Source of the DNA: an uncultured Bacilli bacterium
Lineage (GTDB): Bacteria; Bacillota_I; Bacilli_A; RF39; UBA660
Reading direction: 5' to 3'
DNA length: 57,938 nucleotides
Assembly (NCBI GenBank): GCA_934085875.1
Contig: CAKOHQ010000002.1
Location: 1 to 57,938, forward strand
A program made the translations under genes and the position numbers. The notes below the pieces were generated by a model. That model did not search any database, was not told the DNA's origin, and worked only from the letters and a program-made list of their open reading frames with translations. Within the stretch, counting starts at the first letter, position 1, and the number at the start of each line of letters is the position of its first letter. Below, one piece after another: positions 47,245-57,361 of the stretch.

Positions 47245-48510
47245 ATGGATGATTTAAAATTAGTTAGAAATATAATATGTATTGATCTAAAAAGTTTTTT
47301 CGCTTCATGTGAATGTGTAGAAAGAAAGTTAGATCCTTTTATTACTCCACTTGTGGTAGCAGAGCCTAATAGAGATGGCGCAATAACTTTAGCAGTTACT
47401 CCATATATGAAAAGTCTTGGAGTTAAATCACGTGGCAGAATATATGAAATATCAAAAAAAATAGATTATACGGTTGTACGTCCTAGAATGAGTTTATATA
47501 TAAAGAAAAGTAAAGAAGTAGTAAATATTTACTTAGATTATGTATCTATTGATGATTTACATATCTATTCTATTGATGAATGTTTTTTAGATGTTACTAA
47601 TTATTTAAAAATGTATAATAAAACAACTAAAGAATTAGCACTTGATATAATGAAAAGTATTTATAATAAAACTGGCTTATACGCAACAGCAGGTATTGGC
47701 CCAAATATGTTACTAGCAAAAATTGCAATGGATACTGAAGCTAAAAAAAATAAAGACTTTATAGCAGAATGGACATATGACGACGTTGAAAAAAAGCTAT
47801 GGAATATTTGTCCTCTATCTAATATGTGGGGAATTGGTTCAAGAATGGAAAAAAAATTAAATGATTTAGGTATTAAAAAAATTGGCGATTTAGCACATTA
47901 TGATAAATTAAAATTAAAAGAAAAATTTGGAATTATAGGTGAAGAATTATGGTATCATGCTAATGGAATTGATCAAAGTAAAATATCAGACTTTAAAAAA
48001 GAAGCTAAAGAAAAAAGTATATCAAATAGTCAAGTTTTATATAAAGATTATTATAATAATGAAGTTTTATTGATAATTAAAGAAGTTTTAAGTTTACTTC
48101 TAAAAAGATTACGAAAAGAAAATTTTTTAGCTGGTGGAATTACATTATATATAAGTTATTCAAAAGATATACATAATGGTTTCAATGTTTCTAAAAGAAT
48201 TGATAATACTACAAATGACGAAGAAGTTTTATATAAAATTCTAGTTAATATATTTAATTCATATTATGAAAAAGATTTACCTGTAAGAAAAATTGGAATA
48301 AGTTTATCGCGATTAGAAAAAAATAATGGTATCCAACTAAGCTTATTTGAAAGCGTCAATAAATATAATGAAAAAGTCAATTTAAATAATACGATAGACA
48401 ATTTAAATGATAAATTTGGCAATAATAGTGTTCTTAAAGCCACCAGTTTATTATCTACTTCTACTATAAAATCTAGAAATACAAAAATAGGTGGTCACAA
48501 TGCTAGATAG
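47245..48510 (+). CDS. Y-family DNA polymerase (DinB/UvrX/YqjW-like)
   Basis: IICIDLKSFFASCECV, SIDECFLDVT and GIGPNMLLAKIAMD. ATG 47245 follows a GGGTGA RBS; the ORF track start is GTG 47236. Confidence 0.88.
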   Translation: MDDLKLVRNIICIDLKSFFASCECVERKLDPFITPLVVAEPNRDGAITLAVTPYMKSLGVKSRGRIYEISKKIDYTVVRPRMSLYIKKSKEVVNIYLDYVSIDDLHIYSIDECFLDVTNYLKMYNKTTKELALDIMKSIYNKTGLYATAGIGPNMLLAKIAMDTEAKKNKDFIAEWTYDDVEKKLWNICPLSNMWGIGSRMEKKLNDLGIKKIGDLAHYDKLKLKEKFGIIGEELWYHANGIDQSKISDFKKEAKEKSISNSQVLYKDYYNNEVLLIIKEVLSLLLKRLRKENFLAGGITLYISYSKDIHNGFNVSKRIDNTTNDEEVLYKILVNIFNSYYEKDLPVRKIGISLSRLEKNNGIQLSLFESVNKYNEKVNLNNTIDNLNDKFGNNSVLKATSLLSTSTIKSRNTKIGGHNAR

Positions 48511-48817
48511 AGGTTATAAAAAATGGGCTCCCTTCAATTCTGTTATAAGTGATAAAGAAGTATTAAACGAATTAAGTATTAAAAGAAACAAAATAATTAA
48601 ACCTACTCTATCAGAAGATCAAATAGAATTTTTAAACGAGAGAATATTCGAAGCATTTACTAATCACTTAAAAGTATATTTATATATTTATAATAATTAT
48701 AATATTATTAAATTAATTGGATACATAAATAACATAAATATTAATAAAAAATACATTACATTTAACAAAAGTCATATATATTTTAATCAAATTTTAAAAA
48801 TTAATAATTTTTTTTAA
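48500..48817 (+). CDS. YolD-like protein (Y-polymerase accessory)
   Basis: RGYKKWAPFNSV... motif. It overlaps the polymerase stop, as in the uvrX-yolD and yqjW-yqjX pairs. Confidence 0.6.
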   Translation: MLDRGYKKWAPFNSVISDKEVLNELSIKRNKIIKPTLSEDQIEFLNERIFEAFTNHLKVYLYIYNNYNIIKLIGYINNININKKYITFNKSHIYFNQILKINNFF

Positions 48818-48869
48818 AAAAGTAATTGACAACAGATAAATTATATTGTAAAATTAATTTATCGTTTGT

Positions 48870-48946
48870 GGGGAATTAGCTCAGTTGGCTAGAGCATCAC
48901 GCTTGCACCGTGGGGGTCAAGGGTTCGAGTCCCTTATTCTCCACCA
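48870..48946 (+). tRNA. tRNA-Ala (UGC)
   Basis: Acceptor GGGGAAT/ATTCTCC with G3:U70, anticodon loop CTTGCAC, T loop TTCGAGT, and an encoded CCA. Confidence 0.93.
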
Positions 48947-49025
48947 TTTATGATTATAAAAGTCCATTAAAAGACTTTTTTTATTTTATAAAAAATATTA
49001 AATAAAAAAACAATAAATTTTTATA

Positions 49026-49895
49026 TTATTTATTGCTTTTCAACGAATTTAATTTATTTAATAAATCTTCTTTGTTTATTGCTGTTGTTTCTGTTTTCAC
49101 TTCTTCTTTTTTATTATCTAATGCTGTTTTCAAATCATCCAATGTATTTTTATTTTCTTCTTTTATTTCTTTTTTATCTTCTGGTTCAGTTACTTCTTCC
49201 ACACTTTCATTTTTTTCTTGTATAGATGATCCAGTTAATTCTTCCTTTACATCTTTATCTAAATTTATTTTATCCATAACTTCATCAAGTTTCATTGTAT
49301 TATCATTTACATAAACTGAACTAAATTGTTCATTTTTTTCATATGTTTTTTTCATAATATCATTTACAAAATCATCAACATCTGGTATTTCTTTTTTTAA
49401 TTCTGCAGTTTCTTCTTCATTTAAACTAACAGGCTCTTCTTTTTTTTCAATTGGTTTTTCAACATTTTCTAAAGCTTTTCCAATGTTTTCTTCTTTAGAT
49501 AATACAGGTTCATCTGCTTTAACATCTGATAATGGAATTATTGTAGTTTTCTCAAAAATATCATCTGATAATACCTTATCTTCAGTTTTTTTCTCTTCTA
49601 TTTGTGTATGTTCATCATTATTTAATATAGGTTCTGCCTTTTCTTTTATATCACTTTCAACAATTGTATCTTTTATTTCTTCCTCTACCTTACTATCATC
49701 TTTATTATTATTATCATCTTTATTATTTTCTGTTTCATCAATTATTTTAACATTTTTATCATCATTTGTCTTTCTTAAACTAAATATTAATAATACTATA
49801 AAAATAAATAATAATACTGCTCCAACAATATATATAGTTGTCATAGCTTTATCATCACTATATATTTTATCCATAAAATTTAACATTATATTCAT
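49026..49895 (-). CDS. membrane-anchored acidic low-complexity (K/E/D-rich) protein
   Basis: A single N-terminal TM helix (TTIYIVGAVLLFIFIVLLIF), then a charged repetitive region. Confidence 0.45.
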   Translation of the reverse strand: MNIMLNFMDKIYSDDKAMTTIYIVGAVLLFIFIVLLIFSLRKTNDDKNVKIIDETENNKDDNNNKDDSKVEEEIKDTIVESDIKEKAEPILNNDEHTQIEEKKTEDKVLSDDIFEKTTIIPLSDVKADEPVLSKEENIGKALENVEKPIEKKEEPVSLNEEETAELKKEIPDVDDFVNDIMKKTYEKNEQFSSVYVNDNTMKLDEVMDKINLDKDVKEELTGSSIQEKNESVEEVTEPEDKKEIKEENKNTLDDLKTALDNKKEEVKTETTAINKEDLLNKLNSLKSNK

Positions 49896-50004
49896 CTCTA
49901 GCCACTCCTTAGTATATTTAAATTATAATACAATATTAATAACTAATCAATATAATTTTTTAAAAAATGTAAATAAAAAGTGAAATTGTTATTTCACTCC
50001 TTAA

Positions 50005-50277
50005 TTAATTTAAAGCATCTTTTAATTTGCTACCAGCCTTAAATGAAGCAACCATTTTTGCTGGAATATGTAAAGGTTCTTTAGTTAATGGATTAATTCC
50101 ATCTCTAGCTTCTCTTTTTTTAGCACTGAAAGTACCAAATCCTACTAAAGCTACTTTTCCTTCATCTTTTAATCCTTTTTCAATTCCTGCTAATGTAGCA
50201 TCTAATGCACGAGTAGCATCTGCTTTTGTTAATCCAGCTGTTTCAGCTATGAATTCTACTAATTCTGTTTTTGACAT
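50005..50277 (-). CDS. hup: HU family DNA-binding protein
   Basis: MSKTELVEFIAE...GFGTFSAKKREARDGINPLTKEPLHIPA. A GGAGG RBS precedes the second ATG. Confidence 0.93.
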   Translation of the reverse strand: MSKTELVEFIAETAGLTKADATRALDATLAGIEKGLKDEGKVALVGFGTFSAKKREARDGINPLTKEPLHIPAKMVASFKAGSKLKDALN

Positions 50278-50389
50278 TTTAATTCCTCCCATTTCATATT
50301 TATGTCTCTTAGGGCTTTACCCTACATATAAAGGTTATCAAATAATTTTATTCTTTGCAATAGATTTCTGTTATTTTTTGTAAATTATC

Positions 50390-51022
50390 TTATTTTTTTT
50401 CATTTATTAAAGTTTTTATATATTCAGTTATTTCTTTATCTTGAGAATTAATAAAAAAATAATCTAAGAATTTTTTTCTATTAATTGTTTCATAAAGAAA
50501 ATTTTGATCTATATTTTTTAATATGTCTACCATTTTAGAATGTGTAACTTCTTTTATTTTAAATAATACTTCTCTATTCTTTTTTTCACTTTCACTTCTT
50601 TCTTTTGGATACCCTTTTCCAAATTCATTAGCAAATAATTTTTCAAAAATATAATCTAGTTGTATTTCACTACCCCAACCAAATTTTTTAGCATATGGAA
50701 TACTTACAGCATTACCTGCATTTATTTGACTAAATAAATAAGCATCAAGTGGAGTTTCAATCAATCCACACGTAATATTAGGAAATGCATTTAAGCTCAT
50801 CATAGCTCCTTCCCCAGTTCCACATCCTGATACAATAAAATCAACGCATCTTGTGTTAATTAATATTGCACCTAATAACCCTACTTGTACGTAAGTAAGA
50901 TCATTATCTCCTTTTTCCATTCCAAAATTAATAATTTCATTATTTGTACTTCTCTTTAAACTTTCATAAATTAAATTATTTTTCAAATGTTGACTATTTT
51001 CATTTATTAAAGCAATTTTCAT
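50390..51022 (-). CDS. RpiB/LacA/LacB family sugar-phosphate isomerase-like protein
   Basis: VSGCGTGEGAMMSLNAFPNITCG. 210 aa. Confidence 0.6.
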   Translation of the reverse strand: MKIALINENSQHLKNNLIYESLKRSTNNEIINFGMEKGDNDLTYVQVGLLGAILINTRCVDFIVSGCGTGEGAMMSLNAFPNITCGLIETPLDAYLFSQINAGNAVSIPYAKKFGWGSEIQLDYIFEKLFANEFGKGYPKERSESEKKNREVLFKIKEVTHSKMVDILKNIDQNFLYETINRKKFLDYFFINSQDKEITEYIKTLINEKK

Positions 51023-51082
51023 AATATCCCTCCATATTTATTATAACAGTTTTATTATTTAATTAAAATCATATATTTTATT

Positions 51083-52369
51083 ATGAAAAATAAATTTGTT
51101 AAATCAACATTAATTTTAATTATAGGTGCTTTATTGACTAAAATATTAGGCTTTATTATAAAAATTATATTTACTAGAACTGTTACCAGTGATGCAATAA
51201 ACTTATACAGTATTATTATGCCTACATACTCATTACTTATAACATTAGCACAATTAGGTTTACCTCTTGCCATAAGTAATATTATTGCAAAATCTAAAAA
51301 TTCAAGCAAAAAAATATTATTTTCTATAATACCTACTTCACTAATAATAAATATTTTTTTAATAACATTAATATTTATATTAGCTCCCTTTATATCTAAT
51401 AATTTATTGAATAACAAAGAAACATACTATCCCATTATATCTATTGCTTTTATATTACCTTTTATTTCTTTATCTAGTATAATTAGAGGATATTTTTTCG
51501 GAAAGCAAAGAATGCTTCCGCATACTTTATCTAATATAATTGAACAAATATTTAGACTATTATTAACTCTATTATTATTACCAAAAATTTTAAAATATGG
51601 TACTGTTTTAACTGTTTCTCTATATATACTTCTAAATATATTATCTGAAATTATATCTATTATAGTATTCTTATTATTTGCACCTAAAAATTTTTCTATA
51701 AAAAAAGATGATTTAAAACCTGATATTAGCATAATAAAAGATGTATTTTCAATTGCATTACCAACAACTTCAAGTAGAATAATAGGTAATATAGGATATT
51801 TTTTTGAGCCTATAATTTTAACATTTACACTATCATTAAGTGGATATTCTAATAGTTATATTTTAAATGAATATGGCATCTATAATGCTTATGTACTTCC
51901 TCTTTTAACAATTCCATCTTTCTTTATACTAGCACTAAATACTTCATTAGTACCAGAAATATCTAAAAATAGAAATAATATAAATATTATAAAAAGAAGA
52001 TTAAAACAATCTATTATATTTTCTTTACTAATAGGCTTGATTTCTAATACTTTTGTATATATATTTACATGTGATATATTAAAAATTATATTTAATACAG
52101 ATAAGGGAATACTTTATATTAGATTTTTAGCACCATTCTTTGTATTTTTATATTTAGAAGGTCCATTATCGAGTACATTACAAGCTTTAAATTATGCTAA
52201 ATACACTATGAATGTTACAATAATTACTACATTAATTAAATTAATAACATTATTTATATTCAGTTTATTACATATTGGAATTTATGGATTATTAATATCA
52301 GAGATTATAAATATATTTTTAGTTATATACTTTAATACTATTAAAATTAAAAAAATACTTAAAGAATAA
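51083..52369 (+). CDS. MOP-superfamily flippase, SpoVB-like
   Basis: The N-terminus FVKSTLILIIGALLTKILGFIIKIIFTR...LYSIIMPTYSLLITLAQLGLPLAISNIIAKS parallels B. subtilis SpoVB. 428 aa, polytopic. Confidence 0.6.
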   Translation: MKNKFVKSTLILIIGALLTKILGFIIKIIFTRTVTSDAINLYSIIMPTYSLLITLAQLGLPLAISNIIAKSKNSSKKILFSIIPTSLIINIFLITLIFILAPFISNNLLNNKETYYPIISIAFILPFISLSSIIRGYFFGKQRMLPHTLSNIIEQIFRLLLTLLLLPKILKYGTVLTVSLYILLNILSEIISIIVFLLFAPKNFSIKKDDLKPDISIIKDVFSIALPTTSSRIIGNIGYFFEPIILTFTLSLSGYSNSYILNEYGIYNAYVLPLLTIPSFFILALNTSLVPEISKNRNNINIIKRRLKQSIIFSLLIGLISNTFVYIFTCDILKIIFNTDKGILYIRFLAPFFVFLYLEGPLSSTLQALNYAKYTMNVTIITTLIKLITLFIFSLLHIGIYGLLISEIINIFLVIYFNTIKIKKILKE

Positions 52370-52396
52370 AAAATAGAACCATCAAGATTCTATTCT

Positions 52397-52630
52397 TTAT
52401 TCTAAAACTTTTAAAATATTAGTTACCATATCTATATTATTTATAGTATCATTTACTTTATTAGTTGTAACTTCCCTATTATATTTTTTATAAGAATTTA
52501 TGAATAATTCATAATTTTTCTTATCTCTATTCAAATATTTATACCAATAGCTATGAGTTCTTAAATAATCATAGTGTTTTTTATCTTGTTTTATTTTATA
52601 CATAACATCAAGTTCCATATTAGTCTCCAA
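52397..52630 (-). CDS. YlbE-like protein
   Basis: YDYLRTHSYWYKYLNRDKKNYELFI matches the YlbE family signature, and the gene follows a YlbD-like gene. Confidence 0.55.
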   Translation of the reverse strand: METNMELDVMYKIKQDKKHYDYLRTHSYWYKYLNRDKKNYELFINSYKKYNREVTTNKVNDTINNIDMVTNILKVLE

Positions 52631-52952
52631 AAAATTTAGTTATTGGACGTGGTGTTTTACTAACTATATTTGGTGCACTTTTATTAGTTAATTCTTGTAT
52701 TAAACTAACTGCTTTTTGGGCATTGTTAATATGTTTTTGAACATTATCCATATTAATATTTTTAAATAAATTAGTAAGTTCACCAATCGAATCACTATCA
52801 TTATTAAAATATTTATCCCAAGCATTTTTATCTTCACCATATATGTCATATATTTCAAAGAAATCTTGCCATGTACTTTCTTTATTTTTAACATATTTAA
52901 TTAGTTCAGGATGTTGTGAAACAAATGATTTAAAACTTTCTTTTTTATCCAT
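52620..52952 (-). CDS. YlbD-like putative spore coat protein
   Basis: FKSFVSQHPELIKYVKNKESTWQDFFEIYDIYGEDKNAWDKY. Confidence 0.55.
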   Translation of the reverse strand: MDKKESFKSFVSQHPELIKYVKNKESTWQDFFEIYDIYGEDKNAWDKYFNNDSDSIGELTNLFKNINMDNVQKHINNAQKAVSLIQELTNKSAPNIVSKTPRPITKFFGD

Positions 52953-52998
52953 AAAACCACCTATTAAAATATATTTGAATTATTTAATTTTATGAATA

Positions 52999-53799
52999 TT
53001 ATATTTTTTTTAATAATTCTATTTTAGTTTTATGATCTATATCTAAACCATATCTTACTCTATCACTCATATCCATTTGTTCATTAAATTTATTATATAA
53101 ATTTTGATATTTATTTCTCATAAATAATTTATTAAATGTTTCTTCAATACTTCCATTATAATTATTTTTATATCCAATTATATTACATAAATTGTATAAA
53201 TCTTCAAATTGTAATACACACTCTGTATCATTCAATTCTTTAGCTACTGTATTAATTAATTCAAAAGCTTCTATATTTGCATTTCTTTCTAATAAATAAT
53301 AAAATTGATTTTTTGAATATATTAAATGCCTTATAAATTTTAATGTATCAGTAATAGGACGTGGTATAATACTATCACTTTTAGTAACTATTTTTATTAA
53401 TTCCTTATATGATAAAGCTACTATCTTAGGAGAATTTATTTTTCCCTCACTTATTAAATGTTGGTATAAATGTGCTATTTCATGTAATAAAGCAAACATT
53501 ATTAAATAAGCTTTTAAAGAATCTAAATCTCTTACTTTATAATCAATTAATTCCCTTTCAATTACCTTTTCTAATTTATATAAAGAAATATTAATATTTT
53601 TATATTTAGTATTATATATAGCTGCTTTTATACCATTATACTTTACTGTATAACTTGCAGTTTTTTCATTATTTATAGTAGGAATTAAAAAATTTATAAT
53701 TTCTTTTATTAAATTTTCATCAATACTATATTCTTTTAAATAACAAATATATCTTTTTAAAGATTCTAAATTATTCTTATTTTCTAATATTATTGACAT
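52999..53799 (-). CDS. hypothetical protein with an HExxH motif (HEIAH)
   Basis: 266-aa ORF with IMFALLHEIAHLYQHL. Confidence 0.35.
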   Translation of the reverse strand: MSIILENKNNLESLKRYICYLKEYSIDENLIKEIINFLIPTINNEKTASYTVKYNGIKAAIYNTKYKNINISLYKLEKVIERELIDYKVRDLDSLKAYLIMFALLHEIAHLYQHLISEGKINSPKIVALSYKELIKIVTKSDSIIPRPITDTLKFIRHLIYSKNQFYYLLERNANIEAFELINTVAKELNDTECVLQFEDLYNLCNIIGYKNNYNGSIEETFNKLFMRNKYQNLYNKFNEQMDMSDRVRYGLDIDHKTKIELLKKI

Positions 53800-53813
53800 T
53801 ATTCACCTTTTTC

Positions 53814-54683
53814 CTAATCATATTTTTCTTTTTCCCACCTAGCATAAATTCCACAAGGTAAGATAATATCTTCATCTATTGTTTTTATACCTAATTCATC
53901 ACTTGAAATAAAACCTTTATATTTATTACTAATATTTAATCTTAAAATATTTTCTAATACTGTCATTGATAAACCTGTTGTATATGAATTTATTAAGAAT
54001 AATATTGGATCATCTGATAATAATTTTGAACATTTTTCTACTAAATTAAAAAGATCATTTTCAATATTCCATATTTCTTTATTGGCTCCTCTACCAAATG
54101 ATGGAGGATCCATTAAAATAATATCATATTTATTTCCACGTCTAATCTCTCTATCCACAAATTTTACTACATCATCTACAATAAATCTTATCGGTTTATC
54201 TTCTAAATTATTTGATATAACATTTTCTTTTGCCCAATCGATCATTCCACGCGATGAATCTACGTGCACAACACTAGCGCCAGATTTTAATGCCGCAATA
54301 CTTGCACCACCCGTATAAGCAAATAAATTTAATACTTTAACATTTTTTTTATTTGAAATCTTTTGCCTTAATAATTCCCAATTATGTGCTTGTTCTGGAA
54401 ATAGTCCAGTATGCTTAAATCCCATTAATTTTAAATTAAAAGTTAAGTCATTATAATGAATTTGAAACTTCTCAGGCATATTTTTATTGAAAATTTGCCA
54501 TTCTCCTCCACCTTTATTACTTCTAATATATTTTGCATCAATAGAACCCCAAAACTCATTCTTTTTTTTTGTCCATATAATTTGTGGATCTGGTCTCAAT
54601 AATTTTATTCCATTCCAATTTTCTAATTTCATTCCATCTTTAGTATCTAATATTTCATATTCAGGAAAATTTATTGTTTTCAT
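53814..54683 (-). CDS. class I SAM-dependent methyltransferase (RlmI/RlmK C-terminal-domain type)
   Basis: VLNLFAYTGGASIAAL...VVHVDSS...IILMDPPSFG. Confidence 0.75.
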   Translation of the reverse strand: MKTINFPEYEILDTKDGMKLENWNGIKLLRPDPQIIWTKKKNEFWGSIDAKYIRSNKGGGEWQIFNKNMPEKFQIHYNDLTFNLKLMGFKHTGLFPEQAHNWELLRQKISNKKNVKVLNLFAYTGGASIAALKSGASVVHVDSSRGMIDWAKENVISNNLEDKPIRFIVDDVVKFVDREIRRGNKYDIILMDPPSFGRGANKEIWNIENDLFNLVEKCSKLLSDDPILFLINSYTTGLSMTVLENILRLNISNKYKGFISSDELGIKTIDEDIILPCGIYARWEKEKYD

Positions 54684-54729
54684 TTAATCACCATTTCAAT
54701 TATAAAATATATATTTATAAAAATAAATA

Positions 54730-55992
54730 CTATTTTTTTAAAATTTTCTTATCATCTTTTCTATATCTATAACAAGCTTCGTTCACTACACTAATATCAA
54801 CACCAACTAAATCTGCAATTTCTTTATTTGTATATTCTCTATCTACATTATTTCCAAATTTCAAAGATAGTATTTGTTTTATTTGAATAGGACATTTTTT
54901 TTCATTTATATTTTGATCAAGTGCTAAGTTATTTAATTTTAATAATCTATCATTTATTACTGTTCTCAATATATCAGACATTTTTAATTTCAAATTATTA
55001 TATAATTCATACATATAAATTGGAATATGTTGATTTGTCGGTTTTGCTAAATCATCTCCAAAAATTTTATGCAACAAAATTATTTCATTTTTATTTAACT
55101 TTGTTAACATCGTATCTACATCATTGATGGTACATTTTGGAAAAAACTTATCCATAAGGTAACTATAAATGCTTTCTGTTATGACTTTTGTAGATTCTTC
55201 ATTATCACTTTGCATTGTTTCTTTATCATTTACAAGTTGAAATACCTTATTACCTAAATTCGAGTTTCTTAATTTTCTTAAAGCTTTTAATTCAATTTGT
55301 CTAACTCTTTCTCTAGTCACCCCACCAATATAAGTTGAAGTTTTTTCTAATGTTTTGTATTCACCATCTAGTAAACCATATCTCATAAATAATACTATTC
55401 TTTCTTTTTGACTTAAGTTTGATTTCATTAATCTTCTATGCAACTCTGTCTTCATATAATTATTATTTACATCATCAAAAATATCTGTTTTATTTTCAAT
55501 TAAATCTCCAAATTCAGTTTCGTCTTCATCACTTATTTTTTTATTTAAGCTCAATATACTAGTAGAATATTTTAATGCATTTTCAACTAATTCTATCGAC
55601 ATATCCAATTCTTTTGCAATCATATCATTAGTTGGTTTCTCACCAGTTTCTTTTAAATAATTATCAATAAAATTAAATATTTTTGTTTGACTTTCATATA
55701 AATTAGCTGGTTTTCTAATAATGCTTTTATTCTTTCTAATATATTTTGTAATATATGCTCTAATATAATAATAACAATAAGTACTAAATTTAAATCCAAG
55801 ATTTGGTTCATATTTTTCTATTGCTTTCATAAATCCTATACAACCTTCTTGAAATAAATCTTCATTATCTATATCTTCATATTTGTATCTGTTTGCAATT
55901 TTTCTAACTAAATTTTTATTGTTATTTAGAAATGTCTCCAATAATTCTTTATCCCCATTTTTTATTTTGTTTATTATTTCTTTTTCATCCAT
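54730..55992 (-). CDS. sigma-70 family factor (regions 2-4) with a roughly 175-aa C-terminal extension containing two more region-4-like segments
   Basis: DLFQEGCIGFMKAIEKYEPNLGFKFSTYCYYYIR (region 2) and GVTRERVRQIELKALRKLR (region 4). The extension has LNKNEIILLHKIFGDDL and ILSLKFGNNVDREYTNKEIADLVGVDISVV. Confidence 0.75.
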   Translation of the reverse strand: MDEKEIINKIKNGDKELLETFLNNNKNLVRKIANRYKYEDIDNEDLFQEGCIGFMKAIEKYEPNLGFKFSTYCYYYIRAYITKYIRKNKSIIRKPANLYESQTKIFNFIDNYLKETGEKPTNDMIAKELDMSIELVENALKYSTSILSLNKKISDEDETEFGDLIENKTDIFDDVNNNYMKTELHRRLMKSNLSQKERIVLFMRYGLLDGEYKTLEKTSTYIGGVTRERVRQIELKALRKLRNSNLGNKVFQLVNDKETMQSDNEESTKVITESIYSYLMDKFFPKCTINDVDTMLTKLNKNEIILLHKIFGDDLAKPTNQHIPIYMYELYNNLKLKMSDILRTVINDRLLKLNNLALDQNINEKKCPIQIKQILSLKFGNNVDREYTNKEIADLVGVDISVVNEACYRYRKDDKKILKK

Positions 55993-56064
55993 ATTTTCTC
56001 CCCCTTAAAAAACAAAATATATTTTATAACAAAAGCATAAAAAAAGCAAGTTTTAATATACTTA

Positions 56065-57351
56065 CTATTTTTTAGGACAAATTTTCTTTACACCACCCAT
56101 ATAAGGTTGTAAAGATTGTGGTATGTTAATTGTTCCATCAGCATTATAATTGTTTTCTAAAAGTGCAATTAAAGCTCTGGTTGATGCTAAAACAGTATTG
56201 TTCAAAGTATGTAAATAATAATTTCCTTTTTCACTTTTTACACGTATTCCTAACCTTCTAGCTTGAGCATCTGTTAAATTCGAACAACTTCCCACTTCAA
56301 AATATTTTTGTTGTCTAGGACTCCAAGCTTCTATATCACATGATTTATATTTCAAATCCGCTAAATCTCCACTACAACATTCAAGTTGTCTAACTGGAAT
56401 ATCTAAACTTCTAAATAATTCAACAGTATATTGCCACATTTTTTCGTACCAAACTTTACTATCCTCTGGTTCACATAAAACTATCATCTCTTGTTTTTCA
56501 AATTGGTGTACTCTATATATTCCACGTTCTTCTATTCCATGAGCTCCTACTTCTTTTCTAAAACATGGGCTATATGATGTCATTGTAATTGGTAATGATT
56601 CTTTCTTTAAAATTTGATCTTTAAATTTACCTATCATAGAATGTTCACTTGTTCCAATTAAATATAAGTCTTCTCCTTCAATTTTATACATCATTGCATC
56701 CATTTCTGAAAATGACATAACTCCAGTTACAACATCACTTCTAATCATAAAAGGTGGAATACAATAAATAAATCCTTTATCTATCATAAAATCTCTCGCA
56801 TAACTTAACATTGCACTTGAAAGTCTTGCAGCATCTCCCATTAAATAATAAAATCCATTACCACTCGTTCTACCACTTGCATCTTTGTCTAAACCATTGA
56901 TACTTTCTAAAATATCTGCATGATATGGTATTTCATATTCTGGAACAATTGGTTCTCCAAATTTCTTTAATTCAACATTTTCACTATCATCTTTTCCTAT
57001 CGGTACATCTTCTGCAATTATATTTGGAATCAACATCATTTTTTCTTTTATTATTTTAGATAATTCCTCTTCTCTTTTTGTGAGTTCGTCAATTTCATTA
57101 TTCATATCAGATACTTTAACTTTTATACTATTTGCTTCATCAATTTTTTTCTCTCTCATTAAACTGCCAATTTCACTACTTAATTTATTTTTTTCTGCCC
57201 TTTTCTCGTCCATATTTAATTTAACATTTCTATATTCAACATCTAAATCAAATATTTCATCAACTAACATTAATTTTTCATTCTGAAATTTCTTTTTAAT
57301 ATTTTCCTTTACTAATTCTTTATTTTCTCTAATTAATTTAATATCTATCAT
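56065..57351 (-). CDS. serS: serine--tRNA ligase
   Basis: 428 aa with an N-terminal coiled-coil arm, class II motifs (FRKEVGAHG...RVHQFEKQE, GSCSN) and a T-box leader upstream. Confidence 0.96.
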   Translation of the reverse strand: MIDIKLIRENKELVKENIKKKFQNEKLMLVDEIFDLDVEYRNVKLNMDEKRAEKNKLSSEIGSLMREKKIDEANSIKVKVSDMNNEIDELTKREEELSKIIKEKMMLIPNIIAEDVPIGKDDSENVELKKFGEPIVPEYEIPYHADILESINGLDKDASGRTSGNGFYYLMGDAARLSSAMLSYARDFMIDKGFIYCIPPFMIRSDVVTGVMSFSEMDAMMYKIEGEDLYLIGTSEHSMIGKFKDQILKKESLPITMTSYSPCFRKEVGAHGIEERGIYRVHQFEKQEMIVLCEPEDSKVWYEKMWQYTVELFRSLDIPVRQLECCSGDLADLKYKSCDIEAWSPRQQKYFEVGSCSNLTDAQARRLGIRVKSEKGNYYLHTLNNTVLASTRALIALLENNYNADGTINIPQSLQPYMGGVKKICPKK

Positions 57352-57361
57352 ATTATCACCT

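Noticed and set aside
49033-49983. Plus-strand Ser/Phe-rich ORFs 49033..49314 and 49483..49983
   Set aside because: They are antisense to the K/E/D-rich low-complexity gene. GAA/AAA repeats read as TTC/TTT on the other strand, giving artefactual open frames. The minus-strand frame has a clear N-terminal TM anchor.
50027-50383. 118-aa plus-strand ORF overlapping hup
   Set aside because: It is antisense to the canonical HU gene.
51055-51732. Minus-strand ORFs 51055..51417 and 51427..51732
   Set aside because: They are antisense to the SpoVB-like flippase, whose N-terminus matches the family closely.
52700-52894. 64-aa minus-strand ORF nested in the YlbD-like gene in another frame
   Set aside because: It is an alternative frame of a gene with a recognisable family signature, with no separate RBS.
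54082-57286. Plus-strand ORFs 54082..54318, 54487..54687, 54921..55127 and 57080..57286
   Set aside because: They are antisense to the methyltransferase, sigma factor and serS genes.
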